A DNA stretch of 64,000 nt, from positions 19,220,001 through 19,284,000 of the forward strand of contig NC_043013.1 in the NCBI RefSeq assembly GCF_006345805.1, written 5' to 3'. This stretch comes from Octopus sinensis (lineage: Eukaryota). Both the position numbers and the translations under genes were made by a program. Shown here one piece after another: positions 48,901-60,900 of this stretch; the first letter of the stretch is position 1, and each line of letters starts with the position of its first letter. The notes under the pieces are model-generated. The model worked only from the letters and a program-made list of their open reading frames with translations, was not told the DNA's origin and did no database searches.

Positions 48901-51900
48901 TGTGGTTGTTGTTGGTTCTGTTGTGGTTGTTGTTGGTTCTGTTGTGGTTGTTATTTGTTCTGTTGTGGTTGTTGTTGGTTCTGCTGTGGTTGTTGTTGGT
49001 TCTGTAGAGGTTGTTGTTTGTTCTGCTGCCGTTGTTATTTTTTCTGTTGTGGTTGTTGTTGGTTCTGCTGTGGTTGTTGTTGGTTCTGTTGTAGTTGTTA
49101 TTTGTGTTTGTTGTGGTTGTTGGTTGGTTCTGCTGTGGTTGTTGTTTGGTTCTGTTGTGGTTGTTGTTGGTTCTGTTGTGGTTGTTATTTGTTCTGTTGT
49201 GGTTGTTTGTTGGTTCTGCTGTGGTTGTTGTTGGTTTCTGGTGTGGTTGTTGTTGGTTCTGTGTGTTGTTATTTGTTTTTCTGTTGTGTTGTTGTTGGTC
49301 CTCTGCTGTGGTTGTTGTTGTTTCTGTAGAGGTTGTTATTTTTTCTGTTGTGGTTGTTGTTGGTTCTGCTGTGGTTGTTGTTGGTTCTGTTGTGGTTGTT
49401 GTTGGTTCTGTTGTGGTTGTTATTTGTTCTGTCGTGGTTGTTGTTGGTTCTGTTGTGGTTGTTCTTTGTTCTGTTGTGGTTGTTGTTGGTTCTGTAGAGG
49501 TTGTTGTTTGTTCTGTTGTGGTTGTGGTTGTTGCTGCTTCTGTTGTTATCGGTTGTCGTTTGTTTGTTGTTTGTTCTGTTGTGGTTTTTGGTTGTTCCTC
49601 TCTGGACGTTGTTGGTTCTGATGTGGCTATTGTTGGTTCTAGCATGGTTGTTATTGTTGGTTCTGTTTTTGGTTTTGTTGTGGTTGTTGCTGGTTCCGTT
49701 GTGGTAATTGGTGATGCTATTGGTTCTTCTGTGGTTGTTGCTGATTCTGTTGTGGTTATTACTGTCGGTTCTGTTGTTGATGTTGTTTCCCGTTCTGCGG
49801 TGTTTGTTGTTGATTCTGTTGTTGGTTTGCTTAGTGATTTTGTGGTCACTGCTCTTAATATTACTGACTGTGTTGTGATTGGTGCTGCTGTCGTTGTTAG
49901 CTCTTCTGTGTTTGAGGTTGTAGTTTCTTTTTTGGCTGTTATTGTCGATTCCGATGTGTTTACTGTTGTTACTCTTAACGTACTTTTTGCTGCTTTCATT
50001 GTTATAGGTGATGCTGTTGGTTCGTTTTTGATTGCACTTGTAGATTCTGTTCTTGTTACCTCTGTTCTGGTTGCTAGCGTTGGTTGTGATGTAGTGGTTG
50101 TTTCCGTTTGCTTTGTGATTTTAAATAGCGATGCTGTAGTAGCTGATGGTTGTTCTGTAGGGTTTATTGTTGGTAGTTTTGCTTCCGTTGTGGTTGCTGT
50201 TGGTTCCGTTTTGGTTGTTGTTGGTTCTGTTGTTATTGTGGTTGGCACATTTATGGTTGTCTTTCGCCCAATTGTAGTTGTTGTATTAGTTGTGATTGTT
50301 GTTAGTGGTTCTGTTGTGGTTCTTGTTGCTGGTTCTTCTATGGTGGATGTTGTAGTGATTGTTGTTGATAGTTCTGCTTTAGTTGGTGTTGTGAGTGTTG
50401 TTGGTTCTGTTGTTGTTCTTGGGGTTTTTGTAGTCACTAATGTTGGTTTTGTAGCAACGGTTGTTCGTTCTGTTGTAGGTGTTACTATTGATTCTGCTGT
50501 GGATGTTGTTGATGTTGTTGTTCTTGATGGTGTAGCTATTGTTGTACTTATTGCAGATGATTTGTTTAAAGATGCTCGTTGTTCCACAGTGGTTGATGTT
50601 GGTTCTGTTGTCGTTATTGTTTCCGTTATTGATGTTGATGGTTCTCTTGTAATTGTTGGTCGTTGTGTTGTGGCTATTGGAGTTATTGTTGTGGGACTGG
50701 TAGTGGGGACTGCTGTTGTTGCAGCTTGTGACGTAGATGCTGGAGTAATGGTGGTGGTGTCTCTTGTGGCACCTTGTGACGTAGTAGTTGGTGTAATAGT
50801 TGTACTTGTTGCTGCTGTTGTCTGTGGTGTAGTTACTTGTGTTGTAGCGGTGCCTGCTGTTATTGTAGTTTGTGATAAAGTTCTAGGTGTAGTAGTGGAG
50901 CCAGTTGTTGCTGTAATTTGTGACGTTGTTGCTGTAATTTGTGACGTTGTTGCTGTAATTTGTGACGTTGTTGCTGGTGTATTAGTGGTGCCTGTTTTCG
51001 CAATAGACTGTGATGTAATTGTCGATGAAGTAGTAGTAATACTACTTCTTGTGGTATTTTGTAAGGTAGTAGTTGAAGTAATAGCCCTATCTGTTGCTCC
51101 TGTACTTTGTGTTGTAGTTCCTTCTGCAGTAGTTTGTGATGTAGTTGGTGTAGTTGTGGTACCTGCTGATGCTGTTGTTTGTGACACAGGTGCTGGTGTA
51201 GAAGGCGGACCTGTTGTTGCTGCAGTTTGTGATGTAGTTACTTGCGTAGTAGATGTGTCTGTTGTGGCTGTAGTTTGTGGTGTGGTTGTTGGTGTGGTAG
51301 TGTTACCTATTGAAGCTCTTGTTTGTGATGCAGTTTCAGGTGTAGTAGCGGTGCCTCCTGTTGTAGTTTGTAATGTAGTTGTAAGTGTAGTAGTAGGGCC
51401 AGTTGTTGCTGTAGTTTGTGATGTAGTTGCTGGTGTAGTAGACGTGCTTGTTGTTGCTGGTGATGTAGCTGGTGATATACTAGTAGTAATAATAATTGTG
51501 GTATTTTGTGATGTAGCAGTTGGAGTAATAGCCGTATCTGTTGCGGCTGTAGTGTGTGATATAGTTGGTGTTGCAGTAGTGGTGTCTGCCGTTCCTGTCA
51601 TTTGTGATGTAGTTGTTGGCGCTGTCGTACTGACAACTGTTTCTGTACTTTGTGATGTAGTCGATGGTGTAGTAGAGGTGTCTGCTGTTGTTGTAGTTTG
51701 CAATGTAGTTGATGGTGTCGTGGTGGTGCCTACTGTTGCAGTTGTTTTTGACGTAGTTGTAGTTGTAGTAGACGTGTCTGTTGTTACAGTAGTTTGTGAT
51801 GTAGTTGGTGTAGTAGTGATGCCTGCTGGTGCTGTTGTTTGTGATATATCTGCTGGTGTAGTAGACGTGTCTGTTGTTGCTGTAGTTTGTGATGTGGTTG

Positions 51901-54900
51901 TTGGTGTTGTAGTTGAGCCTACTGTTGCTGTTGTTTGTGATGTAGTTTCAGGTGTAGCATATGTGCTTCCCATTGTTGTAGTTTGTGATGTAGTTCGTGT
52001 AGTAGTGGTGCCTGCTGGTGCTGTTGTTTGTGATATAGTTGCTGGTGTAGTAGACGTGTCTGTTGTTGCTGTAGTTTGTGATGTAGTTGCTTGCGTAGTA
52101 GACGTGCCTGTTGTTGCTGTAGTTTGTGATGTGGTTGTTGGTGTTGTAGTTGAGCCTACTGTTGCTGTAGTTTGTGATGTAGTTTCAGGTGTAGTAAACA
52201 TGCCTGTTGTTAGAGTAGTTTGTGATGTAGGTGTTGTAGTTGTTGTGCCTGTTGTTGCTGTAGTTTCAGATGCAGTTGCTTGTGTAGTAGAGATGTCTGC
52301 TGTTGCTGTTGTTTGGGATGTAGTTGATGTAGTCGTGGTGGCTGCTGTTACTGTCGTTCCTGATATAGTTGCTGGGGTAGTAGACGTGCCAGTTGTTGCT
52401 GTAGTTTGTGATGTAGTTGCGGGTGTAATAGACGTGTCTGATATGGGTGTGGTTGTTGATGTTGTAGTGGAGCCTTCTGTTCCTGTTGTTTGTGCTGTAG
52501 TTGATGGTGTCGTAGTGGTACCTACTGTTGCAGTTGTTGTTGACGTAGTTGCAGTTGTAGTAGACGTGTCTGTTGTTACAGTAGTTTGTGATGTAGTTGG
52601 TGCAGTAGTGATACCTGCTGATGCTGTTGTTTCTGATATAGTTGCTGGTGTAGTAGACGTGTCTGATGTTGCTGTAGTTTGTGATGTAGTTGCCTGTGTA
52701 GTAGACGTGCCTGTTGCAGCTGTAGTTTGTGATGTGGTTGTTGGTGTTGTAGTTGAGCCTACTGTTGCTGTTGTTTGAGATGTAGTTTCAGGTGTAGCAT
52801 ATGTGCTTCCCATTGTTGTAGTTTGTGATGTAGTTGTGGCGCTGTCGTACTGACAACTGTTTCTGTACTTTGTGATGTAGTCGATGGTGTAGTAGAGGTG
52901 TCTGCTGTTGTTGTAGTTTGCAATGTAGTTGATGGTGTCGTGGTGGTGCCTACTGTTGCAGTTGTTTTTGACGTAGTTGTAGTTGTAGTAGACGTGTCTG
53001 TTGTTACAGTAGTTTGTGATGTAGTTGGTGTAGTAGTGATGCCTGCTGGTGCTGTTGTTTGTGATATATCTGCTGGTGTAGTAGACGTGTCTGTTGTTGC
53101 TGTAGTTTGTGATGTGGTTGTTGGTGTTGTAGTTGAGCCTACTGTTGCTGTTGTTTGTGATGTAGTTTCAGGTGTAGCATATGTGCTTCCCATTGTTGTA
53201 GTTTGTGATGTAGTTCGTGTAGTAGTGGTGCCTGCTGGTGCTGTTGTTTGTGATATAGTTGCTGGTGTAGTAGACGTGTCTGTTGTTGCTGTAGTTTGTG
53301 ATGTAGTTGCTTGCGTAGTAGACGTGCCTGTTGTTGCTGTAGTTTGTGATGTGGTTGTTGGTGTTGTAGTTGAGCCTACTGTTGCTGTAGTTTGTGATGT
53401 AGTTTCAGGTGTAGTAAACATGCCTGTTGTTAGAGTAGTTTGTGATGTAGGTGTTGTAGTTGTTGTGCCTGTTGTTGCTGTAGTTTCAGATGCAGTTGCT
53501 TGTGTAGTAGAGATGTCTGCTGTTGCTGTTGTTTGGGATGTAGTTGATGTAGTCGTGGTGGCTGCTGTTACTGTCGTTCCTGATATAGTTGCTGGGGTAG
53601 TAGACGTGCCAGTTGTTGCTGTAGTTTGTGATGTAGTTGCTGGTGTAGTAGACGTGTCTGATGTTGCTGTAGTTTGTGATGTAGTTCGTGTAGTAGTGGT
53701 GCCTGCTGGTGCTGTTGTTTGTGATGTAGTTGGTGTAGTAGTGATGCCTGCTGGTGCTGTTGTTTGTGATGTAGTTGCTTGCGTAGTAGACGTGCCTGTT
53801 GTTGCTGTAGTTTGTGATGTAGTTGGTGCAGTAGTGATACCTGCTGATGCTGTTGTTTCTGATATAGTTGCTGGTGTAGTAGACGTGTCTGATGTTGCTG
53901 TAGTTTGTGATGTAGTTGCCTGTGTAGTAGACGTGCCTGTTGCAGCTGTAGTTTGTGATGTGGTTGTTGGTGTTGTAGTTGAGCCTACTGTTGCTGTTGT
54001 TTGAGATGTAGTTTCAGGTGTAGCATATGTGCTTCCCATTGTTGTAGTTTGTGATGTAGTTGGTGTAGTAGTGATGCCAGCTGATGCTGTAGTTTGTGAT
54101 ATAGTTGCTGGTGTTGTAGACGTGCCTGTTGTTGCTGTAGTTTGTGATATAGTTGCTGGTGTAGTAGACGTGGCTGTAGTTTGTGATGTGGTTGTTGGTG
54201 TTGTAGTTGAGTCTACTATTGCTGTTGTTTGTGATGTAGTTTCAGGTGTAGCATATGTACTTCGTGTTGTTGTAGTTTGTGATGTAATTGTAGATGTAAT
54301 AGCAGGGCTAGTCTTTGTTGTAGTTTCTGATGTAGTTCCACGTGTAGTAAACGTACCTGTTGTTGCTGTAGTGGGTGATATAGTTGGTGATACAGTAGTA
54401 ATAATAATACTTTTTGTGGTACTTTGTGATGTAGTAGTTGGAGTAATAGCCGTATCTGTTCCGGCTGTAGTTTGTAATGTAGTTGGTGTTGCAGTAGTGG
54501 TGCCTGCCGTTGTTGTGCTTTGTGATGTAGTTGTTGGCGCAGTAGTACTGCCTACTATTTCTGAACTTTCTGATGTAGTTACTGGTATAGTAGACGTGCC
54601 AGTTGTTGCTGTACTTTGTGATGTAGTTGCTTGTGTAGTAGAGGTGTCTGCTGTTGCTGTTGTTTGTGATGTAGTTGCTGGTGTAATAACCGTGCCTGTT
54701 GTTAGAGTAGTTTGTGATGTAGGTGGTGTAGTTGTGGTGCCTGTTGTTGCGATAGTTTGCGATGTAGTTGATGGTGTAGGAGTGGTGCCTCCCGTTGCTG
54801 TTGTTTGTGACGTAGTTGCTGGGGTAGTAGACGTGCCTGCTGTTACAGTAGTTTGTGATGTAGATGGTGTAGTTGTGGTGTCTGCTGATGCTGTTGTTTG

Positions 54901-57900
54901 TGATATGGTTGCTGTTGTAGGAGACGTGTCTGTTGTTGCTGTAGCTTGTGATGTAGTTCCACGTGTAGTAAACGTACCCGTTGTTGCTGTAGTGGGTGAT
55001 ATAGTTGGTGATATAGTAGTAGTAATAATACTTTTTGTGGTATTTTGTGATGTAGTTGTTGGAGTAATAGCCGTATCTGTTATTGCTGTAGTTTGTGATA
55101 TAGTTGGTGTTGCAGTAGTGGTGCCTGCCGTTTTTGTCTTTTGTGATGTAGTTGTTGGCGCAGTAGTACTGCCTACTGATTCTGTACTTAGTGATGTAGT
55201 TGTTTGTGTAGTAGATGTGTATGTTTTGGCTGTAGTTTGTGATGTAGTTGACGGTGTAGTTGACGTGCTTGTTGTTTCTGCAGTTTGTGAAGTAGTTGAT
55301 GGTGTAGTAGACATGTCAGCTGTTTCTGTAGTTTGTGATGTAGTTGCTGGTGTAGTAGACATGTTTGCTGTTGCTGTAGTTTGTAGTGTAGTAGACTTGT
55401 CTACGCTTGCTGTTGTTTGTGATATAGTTTCTGGTGCAGTAGACATGCCTGTTGTAGCTATATTTTGTGATGTAGTTGCTTGTGTAGTAGATTTGTCTGT
55501 TGTTACTGTAGTTTGCGATGTGGTTGGTGATATAGTAGTAGTAGTAGTAGTGTCTGCTGTTGCTGTAGTTTGCGATGTAGTTGCTGGTGTAGTAGAGGTG
55601 CTTGTTGTTGCTGTAGTTTGTGATGTAGTTACTAGAGTAGTAGGTGTACCTCTAATGGTATGTTGTGATGGAGCTGTTGGTGTGATATTTGTCGGTTCTG
55701 TTGTTGCTGTTGTTGTGGGTTCCGTTGTGGGTGTTGTCGCTTTTTTTGTTGTTATTGTTGGTGTTGTTGTCGCCGTTGTTGGTTCTATCGCAATTTTTGA
55801 TTCTGTTGTGACTGTTGCTGGTTCTGTTGCTGATTTTGTTTCTGATATAGTTGTTTCTGTTGTGGTTGACTTGTTCGTTGATATTTCTGTTATGGCCGTT
55901 GATATTTCTGCTGAAGCTGTTGTTGCTTCCGCAGTGGTCGTTTTTGTTCCTGCTGTGGTTGCTGTCGTTGTTGCCTCTGTTGCGGTTGTTGTTTGTTCTG
56001 CTGTGCTTGATGTTGCTTCTGTAATAGCTATGCTTGGTTTTACTTTGAGTGTTGTGTGCTCTGTTGTAATCCTTGTAGGTTCTGTTGTCGGTTTTGTAGC
56101 CGTTGATGGTTTCGTGGTTGCTGATACGTCTGTGGTTGCTGTTGGTTTTGTGGTTGTTGGGTTTGTGGTTGTTGTTGGTCTTGTGGTTGTTATTGGTGCT
56201 TCTGTTCTTGGTTCTATTATAGTTGTTGGTTTTGTTTGTGTTAGGCTTGTAGTTGGTCGTTCAGTTGTTATTGGTTTTGTTGTTGTAGTAGTTATTGCTT
56301 CTGCTGTTGTTGTTGGTTCTGCTGTTGTTCTTTTTGGTTCTCTTGTAGTAGTTGTCTGTTCTGTTGTGTTTGTTGTCGGTTCTGTTGTAACTGTTTCGGC
56401 GTTTGTTATGGTTACTGAAGATTTTGTATTGGATGTTGTCTGTTCTGTTATGGCTCTTGTTAATTCTATATTCTTTGTTTTCGATTCCGTTATGGTTGTT
56501 GTCGATTCTGTTGTGGTTGTTGTCGGTTTTTTTGTAGTTGTTTTTTGTTCGGTTGTGGTTGTCATTGTTGGCTGTAATGTGGTTGTTGTTTTTGATGTTT
56601 TATTTAGTGCTGCTGTTATCGAATCTTCTGTTGATGCTAATTGTGCCGTGGCCTGTTTCGTAAGATCTGTTGTAAATATATTGGTTGGTGTGGTAGTTCT
56701 TATAGCTTCTGTTGTGGTTTGTGTTGTTGGCTGTTGGGAAGATTGTTTTGTCTTCGTTGTTAATGATCCTGTTACATTTGTTATTAGCTGTGTTGCCGTT
56801 GTAGCTATTATTGTTGGTTCAGTAGTTTGTGATGCAGTTGTAGGCGGAGTAGTGGTATCTGTTGTTGTTGTAGTTTGTGATGTAGTTGTTGGCGGAGTAG
56901 TGGTATCTTTTATTGCTGTAAGGAGTGTTGTAGTTCTTGGCGGAGTAGTGGTGTCTGTTGTTGCTGTAGTTTGTGTTGTAGTTGGTGGTGTAGTAGTGGT
57001 ATCTGTTATTGCTGTACTTTGTGATGGAGTTGCTAGTGTAATAGTGGTGCCTGCTGCTGTTGTGGTTTGTGACGTAGTTGCTGGTATAGTAGTTTTAACT
57101 TCTGTTACTGTAGTTTGCGGACTAGTAGTTGGTGTGGTAGTAGTGCCTTCTGTTGCTGTAGTTTGTGATGTAGCTATTGGTGCAGTAGTTCTGTCTATTG
57201 CTGCTGTAGTTTGTGTTGCAGTTCCTGGTGTAGTAGCGATGCCTGCTGTTGCAGTTGATTGTGACATAAATGTTGGTGCAGTAGTGGTGACTCTTGTTGC
57301 TGTAGTTTGTGATGTAGTTGTTGGTGTTGCAGTAGTACCTGCTGTTGCTGTTGTATGTGCTGTAGTTGTTGGTGTAGCTGTAGTAGTACCAATTGTTCTT
57401 GTAGTATGTGATGTAGTTCCTGGTGTAGTAGTCATAATTGTGTTTGATATAGTTTGTGTTGCAGTTGTTGGTGTAGTAGTGGTATCTGTTGTTGCTGTAG
57501 TTTGTGTTGTAGTTGATGGTGTAGTAGTGGAATCTGTTGTTGCTGTAGTTTCTGTTGTAGTTGTTGGCGTAGTAGTGGTATCTGTTGTTGCAGTAGTTTG
57601 TGTTGTAGTTGTTGCCGTAGTAGTGGTATCTGTTGTTGCTGTAGTTTGTGTTGTAGTGTGTGGTGTAGTAGTGGTATCTGTTGTTGCTGTAGTTTGTGTT
57701 GTAGTTGTTGGCGTAGTAGTGGTATCTGTTGTTGCTGTAGTTTGTGTTGCAGTTGTTGGCGTAGTAGTGGTATCTGTTGTTGCTGTAGTTTGTGTTGCAG
57801 TTGTTGGCGTAGTAGTGGTATCTGTTGTTGCTGTAGTTTGTGTTGTAGTTGATGGTGTAGTAGTGGAATCTGTTGTTGCTGTAGTTTCTGTTGTAGTTGT

Positions 57901-60900
57901 TGGCGTAGTAGTGGTATCTGTTGTTGCCGTAGTAGTGGTATCTGTTGTTGCTGTAGTTGTGTTGCAGTTGTTAGCGTAGTAGTGGTATCTGTTGTTGCTG
58001 TAGTTTGTGTTGTAGTTGATGGCGTAGTAGTGATATCTGTTGTTGCTGTAGTTTGTGTTGTAGTTGTTGGCGTAGTAGTGGTATCTGTTGTTGCTGTAGT
58101 TTGTGTTGTAGTTGTTGGCGTAGTAGTAGTATCTGTTATTGCTGTAGTTTGTGTTATAGTGGTTTGTGTAGTAGTGGCACCTGCTGCCGTTGATGTCGTT
58201 TGTGATGCAGTTGGTGGTGTACCAGTGGTATCTGATTTTGCTGTAGTTTGCGTTGTAGTTGTTGGTGGAGTAGTGGTGTCTGCTGTTGCTGTAGTTTGTG
58301 TTGTAGTAGTAGTGGTACCTGTTATTGTTTTAGTTTGTGTTATAGTCGGTGGTGTAGTAGTGGTATCTGTTATTGCTGTAGTTTGTATTGTAGTGGGTGG
58401 TGTAGTAGTGGCACCTGCTGCGATTGGTGTCATTTGTGATGTAGTTGGTGGTGTAGTACTGGTATCTGTTATGTCTGTAGTTAGTATTGTAGTTGTTGCC
58501 GGAGTAGTGGTATCTGTTGTTGCTGTAGTTTGTGTTGCAGTTGTTGGCGTAGTAGTGGTATCTGTTGTTGCTGTAGTTTGTGTTGTAGTTGATGGTGTAG
58601 TAGTGGTATCTGTTATTGCTGTAGTTTCTGTTGTAGTTGTTGGCGTAGTAGTGGTATCTGTTGTTGCTGTAGTTTGTGTTGTAGTTGGTGGTGTAGTAGT
58701 GTATCTGTTGTTGCTGTAGTTTGTGTTGTAGTTGTGGCGTAGTAGTGGTATCTGTTGTTGCTGTAGTTTGTGTTGCAGTTGTTGGCGTAGTAGTGGTATC
58801 TGTTGTTGCTGTAGTTTGTGTTGCAGTTGTTGGCGTAGTAGTGGTATCTGTTGTTGCTGTAGTTTGTGTTGTAGTTGATGGTGTAGTAGTGGAATCTGTT
58901 GTTGCTGTAGTTTCTGTTGTAGTTGTTGGCGTAGTAGTGGTATCTGTTGTTGCCGTAGTAGTGGTATCTGTTGTTGCTGTAGTTTGTGTTGCAGTTGTTA
59001 GCGTAGTAGTGGTATCTGTTGTTGCTGTAGTTTGTGTTGTAGTTGATGGCGTAGTAGTGATATCTGTTGTTGCTGTAGTTTGTGTTGTAGTTGTTGGCGT
59101 AGTAGTGGTATCTGTTGTTGCTGTAGTTTGTGTTGTAGTTGTTGGCGTAGTAGTAGTATCTGTTATTGCTGTAGTTTGTGTTATAGTGGTTGGTGTAGTA
59201 GTGGCATCTGCTGCCGTTGATGTCGTTTGTGATGCAGTTGGTGGTGTACTAGTGGTATCTGATTTTGCTGTAGTTTGCGTTGTAGTTGTTGGTGGAGTAG
59301 TGGTGTCTGCTGTTGCTGTAGTTTGTGTTGTAGTAGTAGTGGTATCTGTTGTTGTTTTAGTTTGTGTTATAGTCGGTGGTGTAGTAGTGGTATCTGTTAT
59401 TGCTGTAGTTTGTGTTGTAGTGGGTGGTGTAGTAGTGGCACCTGCTGCGGTTGGTGTCATTTGTGATGTAGTTGGTGGTGTAGTACTGGTATCTGTTATG
59501 TCTGTAGTTAGTATTGTAGTTGTTGCCGGAGTAGTGGTATCTGTTGTTGCTGTAGTTTGTGTTGCAGTTGTTGGCGTAGTAGTGGTATCTGTTGTTGCTG
59601 TAGTTTGTGTTGTAGTTGATGGTGTAGTAGTGGTATCTGTTATTGCTGTAGTTTCTGTTGTAGTTGTTGGCGTAGTAGTGGTATCTGTTGTTGCAATAGT
59701 TTGTGTTGCAGTTGTTGGCGTAGTAGTGGTATCTGTTGTTGCTGTAGTTTGTGTTGTAGTTGATGGTGTAGTAGCAGTATCTCTTATTGCTGTAGTTTGT
59801 GTTGTAGTAAGTGGTGTAGTACTGGCACCTGCTGCCGTTGCAGTAGTTTGTGATGTAGCTGTTAGCGTAGTAATGGTATCAGTTGTTGCTGTAGTTTGTG
59901 TTGTAGTAGTAGTGGTATCTGTTGTTGTTTTAGTTTGTGTTATAGTCGGTTGTGTAGTAGTGGTATTTGTTATTGCTGTAGTTTTTGTTATAATGTGTGG
60001 TGTAGTAGGGGCACCTGCTGCCGTTGATGTGGTTTGTGCTGTAGTTGATGTGGTAGTTGTGGTATCTTTTATTGCTGTAAGGAGTATTGTAGTTCTTGGC
60101 GGAGTAGTGGTGTCTGTTGTTGCTGTAGTTTGTGTTGTAGTTGGTGGGGTAGTAGTGGTATCTGTTTTTGCTGTAGTTTGTGTTGTAGCTGGTGGTGTAG
60201 TAGTGGTATCTGTTATTGCTGTAGTTTGTGTTGTAGTTCTTGGTGGTGTAGTGGTGTTTGTTATTGCTGTAGTTATTGTTGTAGCTTGTGGTGTAATAGA
60301 GCTATCTGTTATTGCTGCAGTTTGTGCGGTAGTTGTTGCAGGAGTAGTGGAATCTTTTGTTTCTGTAGTTTGTGTTGTAGTTGGTGCTGTAGTAGTGGTA
60401 TCCGTCTTTGCAGTAGTTTGTGTTGTAGTTGTTAGCGGAATAGTGATGTCTCTTTTTGCTGTAGTTTGTGTTGTAGGCTGTGGTGTAGTAGTGGTATCTG
60501 TTATTGCTGTAGTTTGTGTTGTAGTCGTTGGCGGTGTAGTGGTGTCTCTTGTTGTTGTAGTTTGTGTTGCAGTTGTTGGTGTAGTAGTGGTATCTGTTAT
60601 TTCGCTAGTTTGTGTTGTAGTTCTTGGCGGTGTAGTGGTGTCTGTTATTGCTGTAGTTTGTGGTGTAGAAGTGGTATCTCTTATTGTTGTAGTTTGTGTT
60701 GTAGTTGTTGGCGGAGTAGTGGTGTCTCTTGTTGCTGTAGTTTGTGTTGTAGTAAGTGGTGTAGTAGTGGTATCTGTTATTGGTATAGTTTGTGCTGTAG
60801 TTGTTGCAGGAGTAGTGGAATCTTTCGTTGCTGTAGTTTGTGTTGTAGTGGGTGGTATAGTAGTGGTATCCGTTATTGCTGTAGTTTGTGTTGTACTTGT

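Larger units (their letters stand above)
41270..49520 (-). repeat. 21-nt coding minisatellite, EPTTTT[T/A] / EQITTTT / EKITTTT
   Basis: Plus-strand units ggttctg[t/c]tgtggttgttgtt, tgttctgttgtggttgttatt and ttttctgttgtggttgttgtt. Confidence 0.9.

Noticed and set aside
42192-49300. Intron or pseudogenised segment explaining the broken frame
   Set aside because: The sequence is the same coding 21-mer as its clean flanks, with no obvious splice signals or pyrimidine tract on the sense strand. The indel pattern fits consensus error better, although this is not proven.
256-49329. Cys-rich CCGCWF ORFs (resembling metallothionein or keratin-associated proteins) and Leu/Trp-rich ORFs (resembling membrane proteins)
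   Set aside because: These are the other two antisense frames of the same TG-rich repeats, and their ends track indels rather than gene structure.
1-49520. Telomere-like TG(1-3) tract or non-coding (GTT)n satellite
   Set aside because: Strict codon periodicity, unit lengths of 18, 21 and 48 nt, and stop-free passage through non-repetitive spacers indicate coding sequence.
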